Origin: Anthoceros angustus | Lineage: Eukaryota; Plantae; Anthocerotophyta | Assembly (NCBI GenBank): GCA_010909165.1 | Contig: MU008174.1 | Span: 620,001 to 684,000, forward strand | Direction of reading: 5' to 3' | Length of the DNA stretch: 64,000 nt | Shown: positions 23,723 through 37,800 of the stretch, piece after piece | Layout: the number at the start of each line of letters is the position of its first letter | Position numbering within the stretch: position 1 is the first letter of the stretch | The notes under the pieces: generated by a model | Seen by the model: only the letters and a program-made list of their open reading frames with translations | Told to the model about the DNA's origin: nothing | The model's database searches: none | Program-made: the position numbers and the translations under genes

Positions 23723-26576
23723 TCACGAACGGGGTGTCGTGAAGAGATTGTAGGAGAGGTCGAGAACCTCGAGATCCGGGAGGTGATAGATCGCGTTGGG
23801 GACTTGGCCGGCGAATCGGTTGTGGGCGAGGCGGAGGACGTGGAGGCCTTCGAGCTGGGCGATGGCGGGATCGAGGGGGCCGGAGAGCTTGTTGTAGGAG
23901 AGGTCGATGGCGTTGGTGGCCAGAACGGAGTCCTGTTGGAGCGTGACGGAGCCGAGGTAGCCCAGGTCGAGGATGAGGCGGGCGCGGAAGTAGGCCGGGA
24001 ACGTATCCTTGTATGGAGCCCCGGTCCCTTGGGTTCGGATGGTGAGGAATCCCGCTGCCAGCTGCTTGAATGGCACGGGGCCGGAGAGGGCGTTCCGTGA
24101 CAGGTCCAGGACCTGGAGGGAATGGAGGGAGGCCAGGAAGCTGCCCACGCCTCCGGTGAGGGAGTTGTTGGCGAGGTCCAGGACGCGGAGGCTGGGGGAT
24201 GCGGCGGCGGAAGCGGGGATGGGGCCGGAGAGCAGGTTGGAGCTTGCGGAGAACACGACCAGGGAGGGGCAGGATGGTGGGAAGCGGAGGGGGCCTGAGA
24301 GGCGGTTGTTGGAGAGGATGATGGTGTCGAGGAGGTTGGTGGAGCATGCCGGGGTGAGGTCTGGGATAGGGCCGGATAGGGCGTTGTGGGCGATGTTGAG
24401 GAGGAGGAGCGGGGCGGAGAGCGGGGGGATGGGACCCGAGAAGAGGTTGTGGCTCAGGTCCAGGGTCGGGGTGGAGAGGAGGCCGGGGGGGATGGGGCCT
24501 GAGAGGTGGTTGTAGGAGAGGTCGAGGATGGAGAGGGAGGAGGGAGGGAGAGAGGAGTCTAATGGACCGGTGAAGAGGTTGCTGCTCAGGTCCAGGATGA
24601 AGAGGGAGATGGAGTTGTCCAGGAGGGCGGTGGGGATGGGGCCGGCGATGGCGTTGTGGGAGAGGTTGAGGATGTGGGCGGAGAAGGGGAGGGATGGGGG
24701 GAGGGCGGTGAGGTGGTTGTCGGAAAGGTCGATTAGGGATGTCAATGGGAGCTGGAAGACCCATTGCGGGATGGGACCTGGAAGGGAAGGGTGGAACACA
24801 TGGTTAGAGTGAGTAGGGCGATGGAGGAATCGTTGGAAGAGGAGAGGTGTGGAAGTGGGAGTGGAGGGTTACCTGAGAGCTTGTTGGAGTGGGCGTCGAA
24901 GACTTTGAAGTTGTCGGCGGTGCTGCCGGTGACGCTGCCGGAGCCCAAGCTGGTGAGCTGGTTGTGCTGGAGGGAGAGCTGGAAGAGCGTGTAGAGTGAT
25001 GGCGGGTTGAGGGAGCCGGTGAGTTGGTTGTAGGAGAGGTCGAGGGTGCCTTGAGGCTGCAGGGCCAGGTTTTCGGGGATGGAGCCAGTGAGTCTGTTGG
25101 AGGAGAAGTTGAGGAGGATTAGCTGGTTCAGCTGCGAGAGTTGAGGTGGGATGGGGCCTGCACGTTTTGCGATGGAGGATTAGATTGGGGAGTGATGATG
25201 GGATGGAAGAAGTGGATGGAAAGGAGAGAAAGATGCTCGTACCTGATAACAGGTTGGTTGATGCATCCAGCTCCGTCAGATTCGCCAGGTTTCCTAGTGA
25301 ACTTGGGATGAAGCCTGTTAGGTGGTTGTCGTTGAGAAACAAGGTGAACAGGTTTGTGCTGCCCAGTCCTTGGGGGATTCCGCCGGTGAGCTTGTTCTGG
25401 TTCAGCTCCAAGTCCTCGAGGTTTACCAGTTGGCTTCCGAAGGTATTCGGCAAAGCACCGAATATGGATGTTCCTCGAATAATCAACACCTGCAAAAGAG
25501 GCAAAGGAAAGACGCCCAGCTGAAATGTCCTTGCCTCGTTCACTGAGGGTAGACAGGTTTATGGAATGGTGAACATCTGTGTTACTACGCACCTTGAGAT
25601 TGGTGAGAGTCTGCAAGAAGCTTGGAAACGGTCCCGACAGTGGGCTGGGGATGATTCTCCCCAGACTGAATCCATTATAAGGGTTGTTGAGATCCTCGAA
25701 TCCTCCCAGCCGAAGTTCTTGAAGGGAAGCCAGCCGGGCGTACGATCTGGGAACTGAGCCAGAGAAGTCGTTCCCCTGCAAATACAGCAGCTGGAGGCCG
25801 GGCTGCCCCAATTCCGGTAGAGGGCCAGAAAACTTGTTGCCTGAAAGCTTCAGCACCTGCAAATCAGGCAACGTGGAGAGGGAACGGGGAACCGGGCCTG
25901 AGAATTGGTTGTATTCCAGCACCAGGGTCTGCAGCTGTAGCACATTGCCTAGGCAGGCGGGGATGGGCCCGGTCTTGGAACCCAATGCCGTGGGCTCGAA
26001 CCCACTCTCGCTCAAGTCCAGAGTCTGGAGCTTCCTCAGATTGCAGACCGTGGTGGGGATAGGGCCTGTGACTTTCCTGTTATCGAAGCGCAGCACCAGG
26101 GTCTGGAGGTTGCGGATGCTCCCGATGTCGGCCGGGATGGGGCCTTGGAAATTGCTGTACTCGAAGAAGAACACCTGCAGGTTGGGCAGCACGCTGAGCC
26201 CTGTGGGCACCACATCCTGGTTGAAGTTCACCGCGGAGAAGCTCAGCACCTGCAATGCCGGCAGCTGGGAGAATGTCCTCCCTACCAGGTTCCCTTGCCC
26301 CGAGCTCTTCCTCTGCAGGGCCTGGTACACGGGGCTCACCAAGGTCACGTTGATCACATGCCCTTGCGAGTTGCACGTGACGTACTGGAATTCACAGCAG
26401 TTGCCCCCATCCTCCCAGGAAGCTAGAACATTCTGGGAGTCGCTCAGCTGGTTTCTGAACTCGATCAAGGCAGCCTGGTCCCGCGGATTGCAGGCGGCAG
26501 CTGCAACCCTCCCTACTCCCAAGGAGATCTGGATCAAGAGCAGCACCAAGCCCCATGTCCAAGCCCCCCTCTCCAT
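23723..26576 (-). CDS. Extracellular LRR protein (RLP-like; signal peptide, LRRNT, many LRRs, island domain; no TM seen), 4 exons
   Basis: Signal peptide, then CNPRDQAAL...SW...NCC.F.YVTC, then xLxxLxLxxNxLSGxIP repeats. Exons approximately 26576-25593, 25492-25243, 25158-24873 and 24780-23723, with GT-AG introns. Confidence 0.88.
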
Positions 26577-27226
26577 GATCCTTCTCCCCTTGCTGTTGTG
26601 GGCTGTGGGTGCTCCCGCTGCTCAGAATCCGAAACGTTCTGGGTGCCTCGCTTTCCTGCTCCTGCAAGGTATCTATCCTGTGGCCAGATGTTCCAGCCAG
26701 GACTTCCAGCAGCCATGCTAAGATAAGTGCTCCTGGGTCAACGCCCAGGCTCCATCTGCACCGGTACATCCTCCTTTCTTCTCCATGACGTCTCTGTGAC
26801 GGTCTCTCCCTAATAATTCTATCGCCCATAAGGCAACACAACATCGAGCAGGGATCAATACCCAATGTGGGTGCCCCAGCAGATTGAAGGAGCTTCCCAT
26901 GCCAGTAAGTGATGCTCTTCCCGTGAATATTTGAACATGTGTTTCAAATGCCTTTCCAAACCCAGCATCGGCTGTGTCTTCGGCGACACACTCTAGTTCA
27001 TTAACAAGCCGGATTGATAAGCAGGAATTTGGTTACTTCCAGTGTTCATCCGAGGTTCTTCAAGTCGTTTGAGTCATGTAGTCTAACACGTAAACACTGA
27101 CCGTTGCAGGGAACATCTTGGGGACTCAAAATTTCATCCGAGCAAGAGCTCTTCCAGGATACACTACTTGTTGCAAAACCTTGCAAGCAGCTGTGAATTC
27201 TCTACTGCAAACCACCCTACTCCTAC

Positions 27227-27523
<297 letters not shown>

Positions 27524-27654
27524 TCAGCCGCAGGCGAGAAGAACGTCAGACGTTTTAGTAGATGCCACTACCGACGTGACCGTCAGCAGGATGGTGAAGG
27601 GTTTTAGGTCTATGGAAGGAAGGCTTCGAACTACGATTCCGTCACAGAACGATC

Positions 27655-27668
27655 TAGGGTTAGGGTTT
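27655..27668 (-). promoter_or_regulatory. Telo-box (AAACCCTAACCCTA) upstream of RPL37a
   Basis: TAGGGTTAGGGTTT on the + strand, ~150 bp upstream of the ATG. Telo-boxes are typical of plant translation-machinery promoters. Confidence 0.75.
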
Positions 27669-29172
27669 CGGATGACGATTAAGGTGTTACGTTTCCCTCC
27701 ATGCTACCCAGTTACCGAAGGTGCTAGCTGTGGTTCTATTGCGCTCACCGATGTCTCCAGTGTCCCCAGTGAAGATCGTGCTTACGGCAGGTGGGCGCTG
27801 GGGGACACTGGATGCGTCGATGAGGCCAATGGAGACACTGGCCATGGGCGTGGAGCACGTGCTGTCAGCTGTTGGAGCTTTCGGTTCTTTACCCAGGTGA
27901 ACCCAAGGTTTGAGTTGAGCTTCTGGGAACGATGGTCGGGGGTAGGTCTGAGAGACGGTGCGCCCCCTTTGCTGGCAGGTGAGTCGTGAAGAAAGGTTTG
28001 ATGAGTTTCCCTCGTCAGGATGGTTTCCTTCTTGACCACCTTCTCCGCGATGTGAGGCTTCCCCTCTCTCTCGAACACAGGACATGTCAACAAATGGAGT
28101 CTGAAAGCAAGTACTTTGACGCTAGTAGTAATCGTTTGGGCTGCTAGTGCCTGGTGTCTCATTTCGTTTCCTGTAGTGGCATTACCTTCTGCGGACAGCT
28201 TGTCGTGTAACATAAGTTATGGTGCAATGGTACTGCTCGGTGCTATCGAAGGCTCTCGTATTCTCCCAACAGTGTGCTGCAGCTGGGTGTCCTCTAAGGT
28301 CACGAATGAAGTTCCAACTTCTGGATCGAACTATCCGAACTTCACCCTAGCTTTCGAAGAAAGCTGGTCGAACTTCATCTCCTCGAGTCAAACAGATTCA
28401 GATTGCAGTCTCTTGTCGCTACCAATGTACATTGAAGATATCTCTTACCTTTGTCCATCTTTCCTGTTTAGTGGTGTAGCCACGAACATTGTGAAAGCCC
28501 ATGGGACTCGCGGAGCACAGCTCAGCCTTGCAAACTGGCTGATAAATTTGCCACTCATCTGGAGGTCTATGTGAGATGCGAGCCTGTGCACAGTAGATGA
28601 AGTTCATACTCAACTACCATTATAGATGAAGCTCATACTCGATTACCACTACAGCAGACATGTTAAAGGTCATTACATAGCTGAGAAGCCTTGGATCTCG
28701 ACAGCAGATGGATGAAGAGACGTACGCAGTCCTTTGCCCCTGCACACAGCATATTAGCGCTCAAGAATCTTCTAAACATGGGGGACCAGCAGTTTTCGTG
28801 AAATAAGACTAGGCGCCAAGAAAGTTTCCCAGATCCTCAAGGAGGATGCACAAGTGACAACTACGTATACACTCCAGAACAAACGTACTGAAGGTTTCGG
28901 AGATGGTTGATCTGGAGAACAAAAAGATCTGCAGGCAGCTCAGGGCGGTGTGGGGGTCATGAGCAATAAGTAGGCTCCCCCATATAGAACATGCATATGA
29001 AACTCGGTTAAGCACGGTCGTTTTGCATTGTGGGTCTGGCTATCGTCTTTAGCTCATCTCATGCCCGGGCATCTTCAGGAGACTCAACGCCTACGTTGGT
29101 GAAGACCTGGATGCTAAGTGAACAACATCCGTGCAGGTATCAGCGCTTGATTCGCTGAACTCCACATGGCAG

Positions 29173-32100
29173 CTAGAAGGTAGCTTCTCCATTCGGCTCA
29201 ATAGGAAGCATGTCCTCAGTGATTGCGTTCAGACTCCCCTTGCTACTCCTTGACAAACTTGAACTTGGACTTGGTGGAACACTGTACTGAGTATGAAGAA
29301 ATGGATGTTCCAGCAGTTGTGCTGCAGTTGGGCGCTTTGCTGGGTCCACTTCAAAACACTGTCGAATAAAGTCCTTCATATCCTCATTTAGATCTTCAGG
29401 TATTGGGGGTGACTCGCCCTTTCCCACCTTCCAAAACACCATAATCTACAGGTGGAAACGGCCAACCTATAGTTAAGGGTGACGAGGAGCATGTGCAGAA
29501 AACTTTCTTAAGACCTCTGCAAAGACCAGCTCTGCTACTTACAGAGAAACATGGAAACAAATCAAAGAAAATGCTTACAGATTATATCAGCGAACAAGCA
29601 GTTCATACCCATTCAAGATTGGCAAACGGAGGTGCTCCAGTAGCCATCTCAAGGACAGTGCAGCCAAGACTCCAAATGTCAGCTGGCAAATGATACTCCT
29701 TACTTGGATTAACCACCTGATACACAGAGTTCTGTTACGCTCCACCACAATCTTTGAAGCAGCATCGACAGGATTGAGGAGCACTCCGAAATGGGCTTCC
29801 ACACAGCAGGAGTGCTGAAAGAAACTGAAAATTGCTATTTCCACCTTACCTCAGGTGCCATCCAATTTGCACTCCCTTTGCAGGACTTCAGTTGTTCAAG
29901 TTTACTGATCTGCAAATAACATATGGCTAGCCTGAGAGAGGAAATCTTACAAGATGACAACCCCAGAAACCAGTTTATCCTTACCTGTTTTGCCATACCA
30001 AAATCAGCAAGCTTGACCTTAGAATGGGTGTCAACCAAGATATTGGCACATTTCACATCCCTGCAAGAAACATGATATCAAAAGATGATTGAACCAGTGT
30101 AGCGGGCCATCTGTACCACCAATTGTTGAACACATCAGAGCGCTTGACTCCCAGACATGCTTCATGGTCATCACATTGCACCATCAGCTATGGATGGCAG
30201 AAATACACTGCACCTGTGAAGAATGCTCCTGTCATGGAGGTACTTGAGGCCTCGGAGTATCTGTCTGGTGTAACTTTGTATTTGCTCCACATATAGCTTG
30301 TACTTTTTGTAAAGTGACACTAAAGAGCCTTTTGTGACAAGCTCTAGGAAGATGTAAAGTGCCTCGTCTGTCTGTGGAAATATGTCAAGAAACACAGAGT
30401 ATAAGTGGACCATCGAACATGCTGCAAATAAGCTACTGCTGCCAATTTTTCCAAAGGGACAGGATTATGCATCAGGTTGTGCACCATCGCAACACTTGAA
30501 AGAACTTCCCTTATAAGTCCTTGCAGTAACTAGGGTGTGAATCATTTTCCATGGCACTCAAGAGGATTATCATGACACTGAGCAGCCTTGCAAAACCTGT
30601 TGAGACCTTCGTAGGTAGCCCTTGTAGTAATCAAGGTATTACAAAGTTGCAATGACAATAAGTTCCAAAAGTGAAAATACAGGTGATTTTCCTTACCCTT
30701 TCTGTCCCTAGATATTGTACGATGTTCTCATGCCTGAAATGACTAAGCATAGTGATTTCCTGGGAACACATGGGAACCAGACAACAGATAAGAAAGAAGC
30801 ATAATACTCCTGCGAAATTTTGCTTCAAACAGCTGAGATTCAGAAGGTAAACAGTCAAACGCACCTGTTCCAGCTGTGTGATGGACTGACTGGAGTCCAT
30901 ATCGAGAGGCACCTCCTTCACTGCAAAATACGTTCCATCACTGCAAAGAACATAGATGCCAAGACAGTGTTAACCTCACAATAGACCAAGCTATTCGAAT
31001 GAGACACAGCAAACGCCAAGGGAAAATTGTTAACGATTAAGCCCCTGGTGGGGCCCCTGTCTGTGCATCAGTTCATGGCAACATAAAAACCAACATCAAA
31101 ACTCAGAAAGAAGCATCAAATGAATCATGATAGAAGCCTACCTGCTCACAGCCTCGTATACAGTGCCGAATGAACCACGACCAAGGAACTCCACCTTCCG
31201 CCAGGATCTCCATGGAGTTCTAGGTTGCAGAGTTCGGATGCCATCATCTACAACAGTGCTGAGAGAATCATCTGTTAAGGTTGATTCATCAGCACTTAGA
31301 TCACTCCCAGCAGGAATTGCTCCACCTTTATCCAGATTTGCAGGCATGCTAGTAGCTCTGGGCTCTGGAGAAATGGTCCTAGTCGGGTCAACCATCACAG
31401 GGGATTCTTGAGGCTCCCTGCCAGATCTCCCAGGTGGCATGGGAGATGGCAGCAAGTCATTGTGAGTGGCTGGACTAGTTACAAGAGATGCTGAGTGTGC
31501 CCGGTCGTAACTGCTGTAATCCACATAACGGGGTGGGCTTAACACGATGTCTTTCACCCCTGGTTCTCTGACTTCTGAGTGGCTGGCGATTGTAAGACCC
31601 TGTGATGGACCTGAAACAGTATTCTGTGGACCATTATCTCCAGTAGATATCCTGGATCCACGATTAGATCCAGGTGACGACTCCCGCGGATCTGGAAGTG
31701 TCTCAGCTGGCCAGGGAGCCTTGAATCTTGGAGTTCGAGGGCTTTCTGCTTCTCGGGGGGGAGTTCCCCTGAACCCTGTAAAATCCCTGCTCCTGGAAGT
31801 CTCCGGCCTCCCCTCCGTTACCCAAGTCGGGTTCAATTCACTAGACTTAGACTGGCGGTGAGAACGAACTGTTCGATCATACGAGGTCGAAGGAACAGAA
31901 GATTCCACATTCTGAGAATTTCGGCCCCAAGAAGGCCTATACGTGCCAGACGGGAAATCCCTATGGCCCTTCGCTGCCACTGGGTCGTATGAGGGAGGAG
32001 CAGCAGGAGAACCCCCAGCCGGAGAGCTTCGGCCATGAGAAGACCCGTATCTCCCAGGCAGAGAATCTGTACGAACCCTCGGCACAGGTGATGCTGGAGA

Positions 32101-32418
32101 CCTCGAAGGAGAAGACCTGAAATGAGGTGCCCCTGAATCCGGTGTCAACGGAGTCGGGAACTGCGGAGTTGTTGACCCAGGCGAAGAGCCGTGGCGTGAT
32201 CTTCCGGATTCCCATTCATCAGGAGTGATAGACAGCAGGCCAATCTTCTCACACATCCTCTGGAAGGATTGGAAATTGCCAACTCCATAAAGCATGAGAT
32301 CCTCCTCCAAAATGTCCTCCGGCCCCGCTAAGTCTGAGTCTGAGTCGGATCCATCGCGTGAAGGATGATACGGTATGTGCTTATGGGCATTCTTCCGTTC
32401 CAGTTTCCTCTCGGCCAT
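29173..32418 (-). CDS. MEKK1-like MAP kinase kinase kinase, multi-exon
   Basis: N-terminal [14 protein letters not shown] motif (MEKK1-like RRLERR..A.NI.Y). Kinase exons [18 protein letters not shown]|[79 protein letters not shown]. Confidence 0.92.
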
Positions 32419-34836
32419 AGGATAAACCCCCCTGTCCTGAGGCACAGTCACCACCTGCGCCTAAGACTAAACGGGCATCCACAACCCACAACTCCACCCT
32501 CCTGCACACCCAATGCCCAGCAAAATTCGCAAACATTCAGCACAAACACCCCAACTCCTCCCCACACAAACCCAACAAAACGAACACGACCCAACACCCA
32601 GAAACACACCCCACAACCAACCCATCACCTCCTAACCCACCATCGCAAGGGCACCCGCAACAAAATCCACCCATTCGAACCATTTCTTTCCACAGAATCA
32701 GCTACACACCAGCTGGGAGCACCTCCTCACACCCGCCCAGCTCCTGCCGGAGCTGCAGAAGCCAGCAAAATCCCCTAACAAACAGGGTCACCTCCTGTGA
32801 GGCGCGGCCAGGGAATTACAAATTTCCCTCACAGCGATTCTGGTGAGATAAGCAGAATCCAGCACCACAACTCCGGCCGGGGAGCCCGCCGACATGGTTG
32901 CCTCCCGCGGCAGCGCGCGACAGATCCAGGTTCAAGAAGGCCCACTGATGAATCGATGAAACGCCCAGAGCGCGATTCGCGGAATCCAGAAGGAGCGCCG
33001 TCGTCCGGCAGGCTTCCGGCAGAAAGCCACCTTCCTCGCACCTGCAGCCGCAAGCCACGCTGCTGCACTGCGGATTCCCAGAGTGCACTTTCAACTGGCC
33101 TATCTAGCCCAAGAAGGAGGACTGTGTCTCTAATCTCCCCACGGTCATTGATTTCACGACTGCGGGGTCAGGTAAACCCGCGGGCATTTTGATCCAGAAC
33201 CCAGAGACTAAATTTTTCCGAACGTTTGATACAGGGGACTACATTTGCTACTCTTTTTCTTCTTTATTTGGGTAGATGACAGGCCCGCTGAGGTCTGCTT
33301 GTCCTTTGTGATGGATTGTTACAGCAGCGCGCTTGGGTAGGAGCGTGGGGGAACTTCGAAGTCTTGCGCGTGCTTGGTCAAAGTAGGATTTGCATCACCC
33401 TAATTCCCTCTTAGACTATCTTTGCACCTATTCATAGGTTATTAATTATATTACCTATCTAATTTAGAATATATAGAAAAACTTTGCAGGTTATCGGGAC
33501 TCTCCGATGATAGGGTCTTGCGGTTTCGAGAGCATTGGCATTTGTGGCAGCAGCAATGGTTGCTTTGGTCGGTTGCAACATCAGGGTGTCACAATGCGTA
33601 GCTTCAGAGTTCCAGTCGCATGTATTTTAAGAAAGATTAAGATTCACACGAATGTTTGCATCCGTTAAAAGAAGGTTTTGGCTTCGACGGCGTGCCAAGA
33701 TAAGAGGGGATGCAAGTAAGCATAGAGAGCAAAGAAATTTATGTCAACAAAGAAATTTAGAAGTATAATAATTGTTGATAGATGTAAGTAATGAGAAAGT
33801 AACCTCAAACACAATCTTAAGTATGCCCAACTAGGACAAAGCATAGACCCAAGGGTGTTTGGGCTATTGAGTAATTTGTAGGTCAAGATAGTTTCATTAT
33901 AAAAATATTTAAATAATAATACTAAAACTAAAAATAAATGCCTGTGTCGTCATAGTCATGAAGTGTTGCTCTATGTCCACTCCCAAACTGGGGGTCTTTC
34001 GGTATCATAAAGAAATAATGTGTGCCGGGTAAAACACCGTGCCAAACGAAACGAACTTTTGGCGACAAAGAATTCAAGCAATAGGTAGGTGATAAGGGAA
34101 GCAAACATTGAAATAGGTACATATGGTATATATTTATGTAGATACGTATATAGTGTACCTCGATGTCAAAGGAAGTACGATGTACAATGTACAATGTACA
34201 TATGTAGTCGTCACCATCCGCGTGTGTGAGCAGTCACTATCAAGCTCACGCTTGCGCTCACGCTCAGCTGCTGAGCCGTCGCCACCATCCCACTACTCTC
34301 GCTCATTTTCTTGTTCTTGGTTCTTTGTCCACCACCAACGAATTTGGCAGGTTCCGTATTGAAAATTTCTGCATGAAGGCTGCTGAGATGGAGACCCTGC
34401 AGCGCAATTGCATGGTCTGGCGAAGAGGCCGGGAACGGGGACTGTGGGGACAAGCTGGAATGCATGAAGACTGGTGGTGGGATCGCCTGCCTGGTCCAAA
34501 GGGAGCTCGGTACTCGCAGCCATTTGAAGGACTGGAGCAGATTTATATCGTCGTTGCGAGGTGTGACGGAGCCTCGGAGGTCTGCGACTTCGACTTGTGA
34601 GTGCTTGGCTGCATTGCAAAATTTGAAATTCAGGTCCGTTGTGCAAGATTGCGTGTCACAACCGCATGCTTAGCTGAATTGCAGTGAAGAGAGAGTACGT
34701 GAGGGAAGAATTCCTGGCCGATTCTTCCCATAAATGGGGAAACAGCAGCTCGTCACAACAGGTTGAATTGAACTCTGTGACACACAGTCCTGCGTTTCGG
34801 AAATGTGGTGGTTAGCACTGTCAGCACTAAATCAAT

Positions 34837-37800
34837 GTGTCAACGGTGCAGGAGCTTCGCGACTTGTTGAGCAGTAGAACTAGAGAGTGCGTTTGGGATG
34901 GCGCGCAGCTTTCCCGTATGGATGAGAAAGCACAGGCCTGCCAGCGTGATGGACATCATTCTCGTGATTCTCGTGCATCTGGACCTTGCAAGTCTGTTGT
35001 AACTCCATTCCGTGTTTGGAGATTTGATTTTTTTGTTCAGGAGGTGCTTGTAATTATGGAGCTCAGATGTGGGCAAGCTTGTACTCTTTGTTTTGACGAG
35101 ATTGATCCTTGCAGGATGAAGGAGGATTCGGGAGTTGAAGTTGGAGTTGGAGTCTGGAGTAAATTATCTGAGGGGGGACAGGTTAGTGAGTCCGTCCAAG
35201 CCTTGGAGCTCCTGGTGCGAAAAGATGAATATGTTCCAGATTCTGTTTTCTATCGGGTTCTCAAGGGGTGCATTGCGAGAAAAGATCTGGTTGCTGGCAG
35301 GCGTCTCCATGCTCTTGCTCTTAAAGCTGGTTACGTTTCAAACACGTTCTTGGCCAACAACCTTATCCGGATGTATGCGTCTCTGGGGAGGTTGGACGAA
35401 GCAACAGCTGTCTTTGATGCACTGGCGGCACCAAGCAAGAAGTGCATGTGGGCTTCCATCATTTTAGCACATGCTGAAAATGGAGAGCACTTGCAGGCCA
35501 TTAAACTGTATGAGCAAATGCGACGTTCAAATGTGGATCCTGATAGCCATGTAGTTGTGGCAGTCCTCAAGGCGTGTGTCCGCGCAGCGGATTTGGCAAC
35601 TGGCAAGCAGGTTCATGCTGATTGGTTAGGAAGCGGGACCCAGCCTAGTCTGTTCGTGGGCAGCAGCCTGGTGGGCATGTATGTGAAATGTGGCAGCTTA
35701 GATGATGCTCGCTTAGTGTTCGACAGCCTGCCGGAAAGAGATGTGGTGATCTGGACTGCCATGATTGCAGGGTATGCTAACCAGGGGCTTGTTCAAGAAG
35801 CTCTCACGCTATACGTGCGTATGCAGAAAGAAGGCTTCAGTGTAGCAAATCACTTCACATTTGTTTGCCTACTCAAGGCATGTGCAAGTGCGGGGGCTTT
35901 GCGTGAAGGGAAGCAGCTGCATTCACACATTCAGGAAAGGGGTCTGGAAGCTTATGTGTTTGTTGGCAGCAGCTTGGTGGAAATGTACGCAAAATGTGGG
36001 AGCTTGGAAGATGCACGGAGACTGTTTGATCGATTGCCAATCAAAGATACATCAACATGGAATGCCATGATTGGTGGTTATGCACGGCATGGACATGGTC
36101 AAGAAGCCATTTCACTCTATGCAAGCATGCAACAGGTGGGCCTGAATCCTGCTGATCAGGTGACAGTTCTGTGTCTCCTGAAAGCTTGTGCAAGCATCAG
36201 AGATCTAGAAAATGGGAAGGAGCTCATATCCCAGCTTCAAGTAAGAGGACTGGAAGCTGACATGATGGTTGGCAGCGGCCTGGTCAACATGTATGTGAAA
36301 TGTGGGAGCCTAGATGATGCCCAGAGGGTGTTTGACAACCTGCCCACAAGGGATGTGGTGACGTGGACTGCTATGATTGCAGGTTATGTAGAGCACGGAC
36401 GTTTTGAAGAAGCCCTGTCTCTGTACAATTGTATGGAAGATGGAGCTTGCATCCAACCTGATCAAGTTACATTTGTGTGTCTCCTAAGAGCATGTGCCGG
36501 CGTCAGAGCTCTGAACCAAGGGAGGCTGCTTCACTTGAAAATCCGAGATCGGCAACTGGAAACTGATCTGGTGGTCAGTACCAGCCTGATAGACATGTAT
36601 GCGAAATGTGGCAGCTTAGAAGAGGCTTACGGAGTTTTTGACAAGGTAAACAGAAAAGATTTGGGAATTTGGAATACTATGATCACAGTGCATATGCAAC
36701 ATGGGGACTGTCAGGGAGCACTTGCTCTATATGCAAGGATGCGACAGGAGGGAACGACTCCCGACCCAGCTACCTTTGTATGCCTTCTGCAAGCTTGTGC
36801 CAGCACTGGCGCTCTGCATGATGGCAAGGAGCTTCATTCCGAGATTCAAGGTCAAGGGATGGACGTTGATATGGCAGCAGGCAACAGTCTGATAAATATG
36901 TATGCCAAATGTGGCAGCCTAGAAGATGCTCGCAGAGTATTTGACAAATTGCCCTCAAAGGATGTTATAACATGGACAACAATCATTGCTGGATATGCTC
37001 ATCATGGCCTAGGTGAGGAAGCCCTTTGTCTTTATGAGGACATGCTCAAGGAAGGCTCAAATCTGGCTGATGACGTGACGTTTGCATGCCTTCTGAAAGC
37101 ATGTGCAAATGTTGGAGATATCCAACAGGGGCAGAAGCTTCATTCTGAGATCCAGAAAAGAGGACTGGAGGGTGATGTGGTTGTGGGCACCTCTCTTGTG
37201 GAGATGTACTTAAAGCATAGAAAGTTTGAGCATGCCCAACATGTGTTTGATAGGTTGTGCTTGAAGAGCGTGGCTGCTTGGAATGCAATGATCACAGGAT
37301 TTCTTCAGCATGGGCTCGACGAGGAAGTCCTCAATCTTTATACAAGAATGCAAGACGAGGCTATCACCGCACCCGATCATGTTACATATCTGAGCATCCT
37401 AAAAGCATGTTCCAGAACTGGAAATTTGCGGCAGGGTCAGCAACTTCACTCGCAACTTCAGCACAAGGGATTTGAAGCTGATCTTGCTATAGGCAGTAGC
37501 CTGGTGGACATGTACGCTAAATGTGGCAGTGTAGAGGATGCTCGCAGGGTGTTTGACAGATTGCCCACAAAAGATGCAGTGACGTGGAGTTCCTTGATTG
37601 CAGGATATGCTCAGCAAGGACTTGGTCAGGAAGCTCTAGCGCTTTACAAAATGATGCAACAGGAGGACCTGCCTCCAGCAGATCCTGTTACATATGTGTC
37701 CCTCCTAAGAGCGTGTGCCAGTGTTGGGGCTTTGCATCTGGGAATGCATCTTCACGCCGAGATTCGGGAAAGAGGACACGAAGTTGATGCAGTGGTTGGC

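Noticed and set aside
23691-25543. Long Pro/Arg-rich alternative-frame and antisense ORFs over the LRR gene
   Set aside because: By-products of the very C-rich coding strand, which lacks stop codons.
27655-27668. Interstitial telomere
   Set aside because: Only two units, in a ribosomal-protein promoter position; interpreted as a telo-box.
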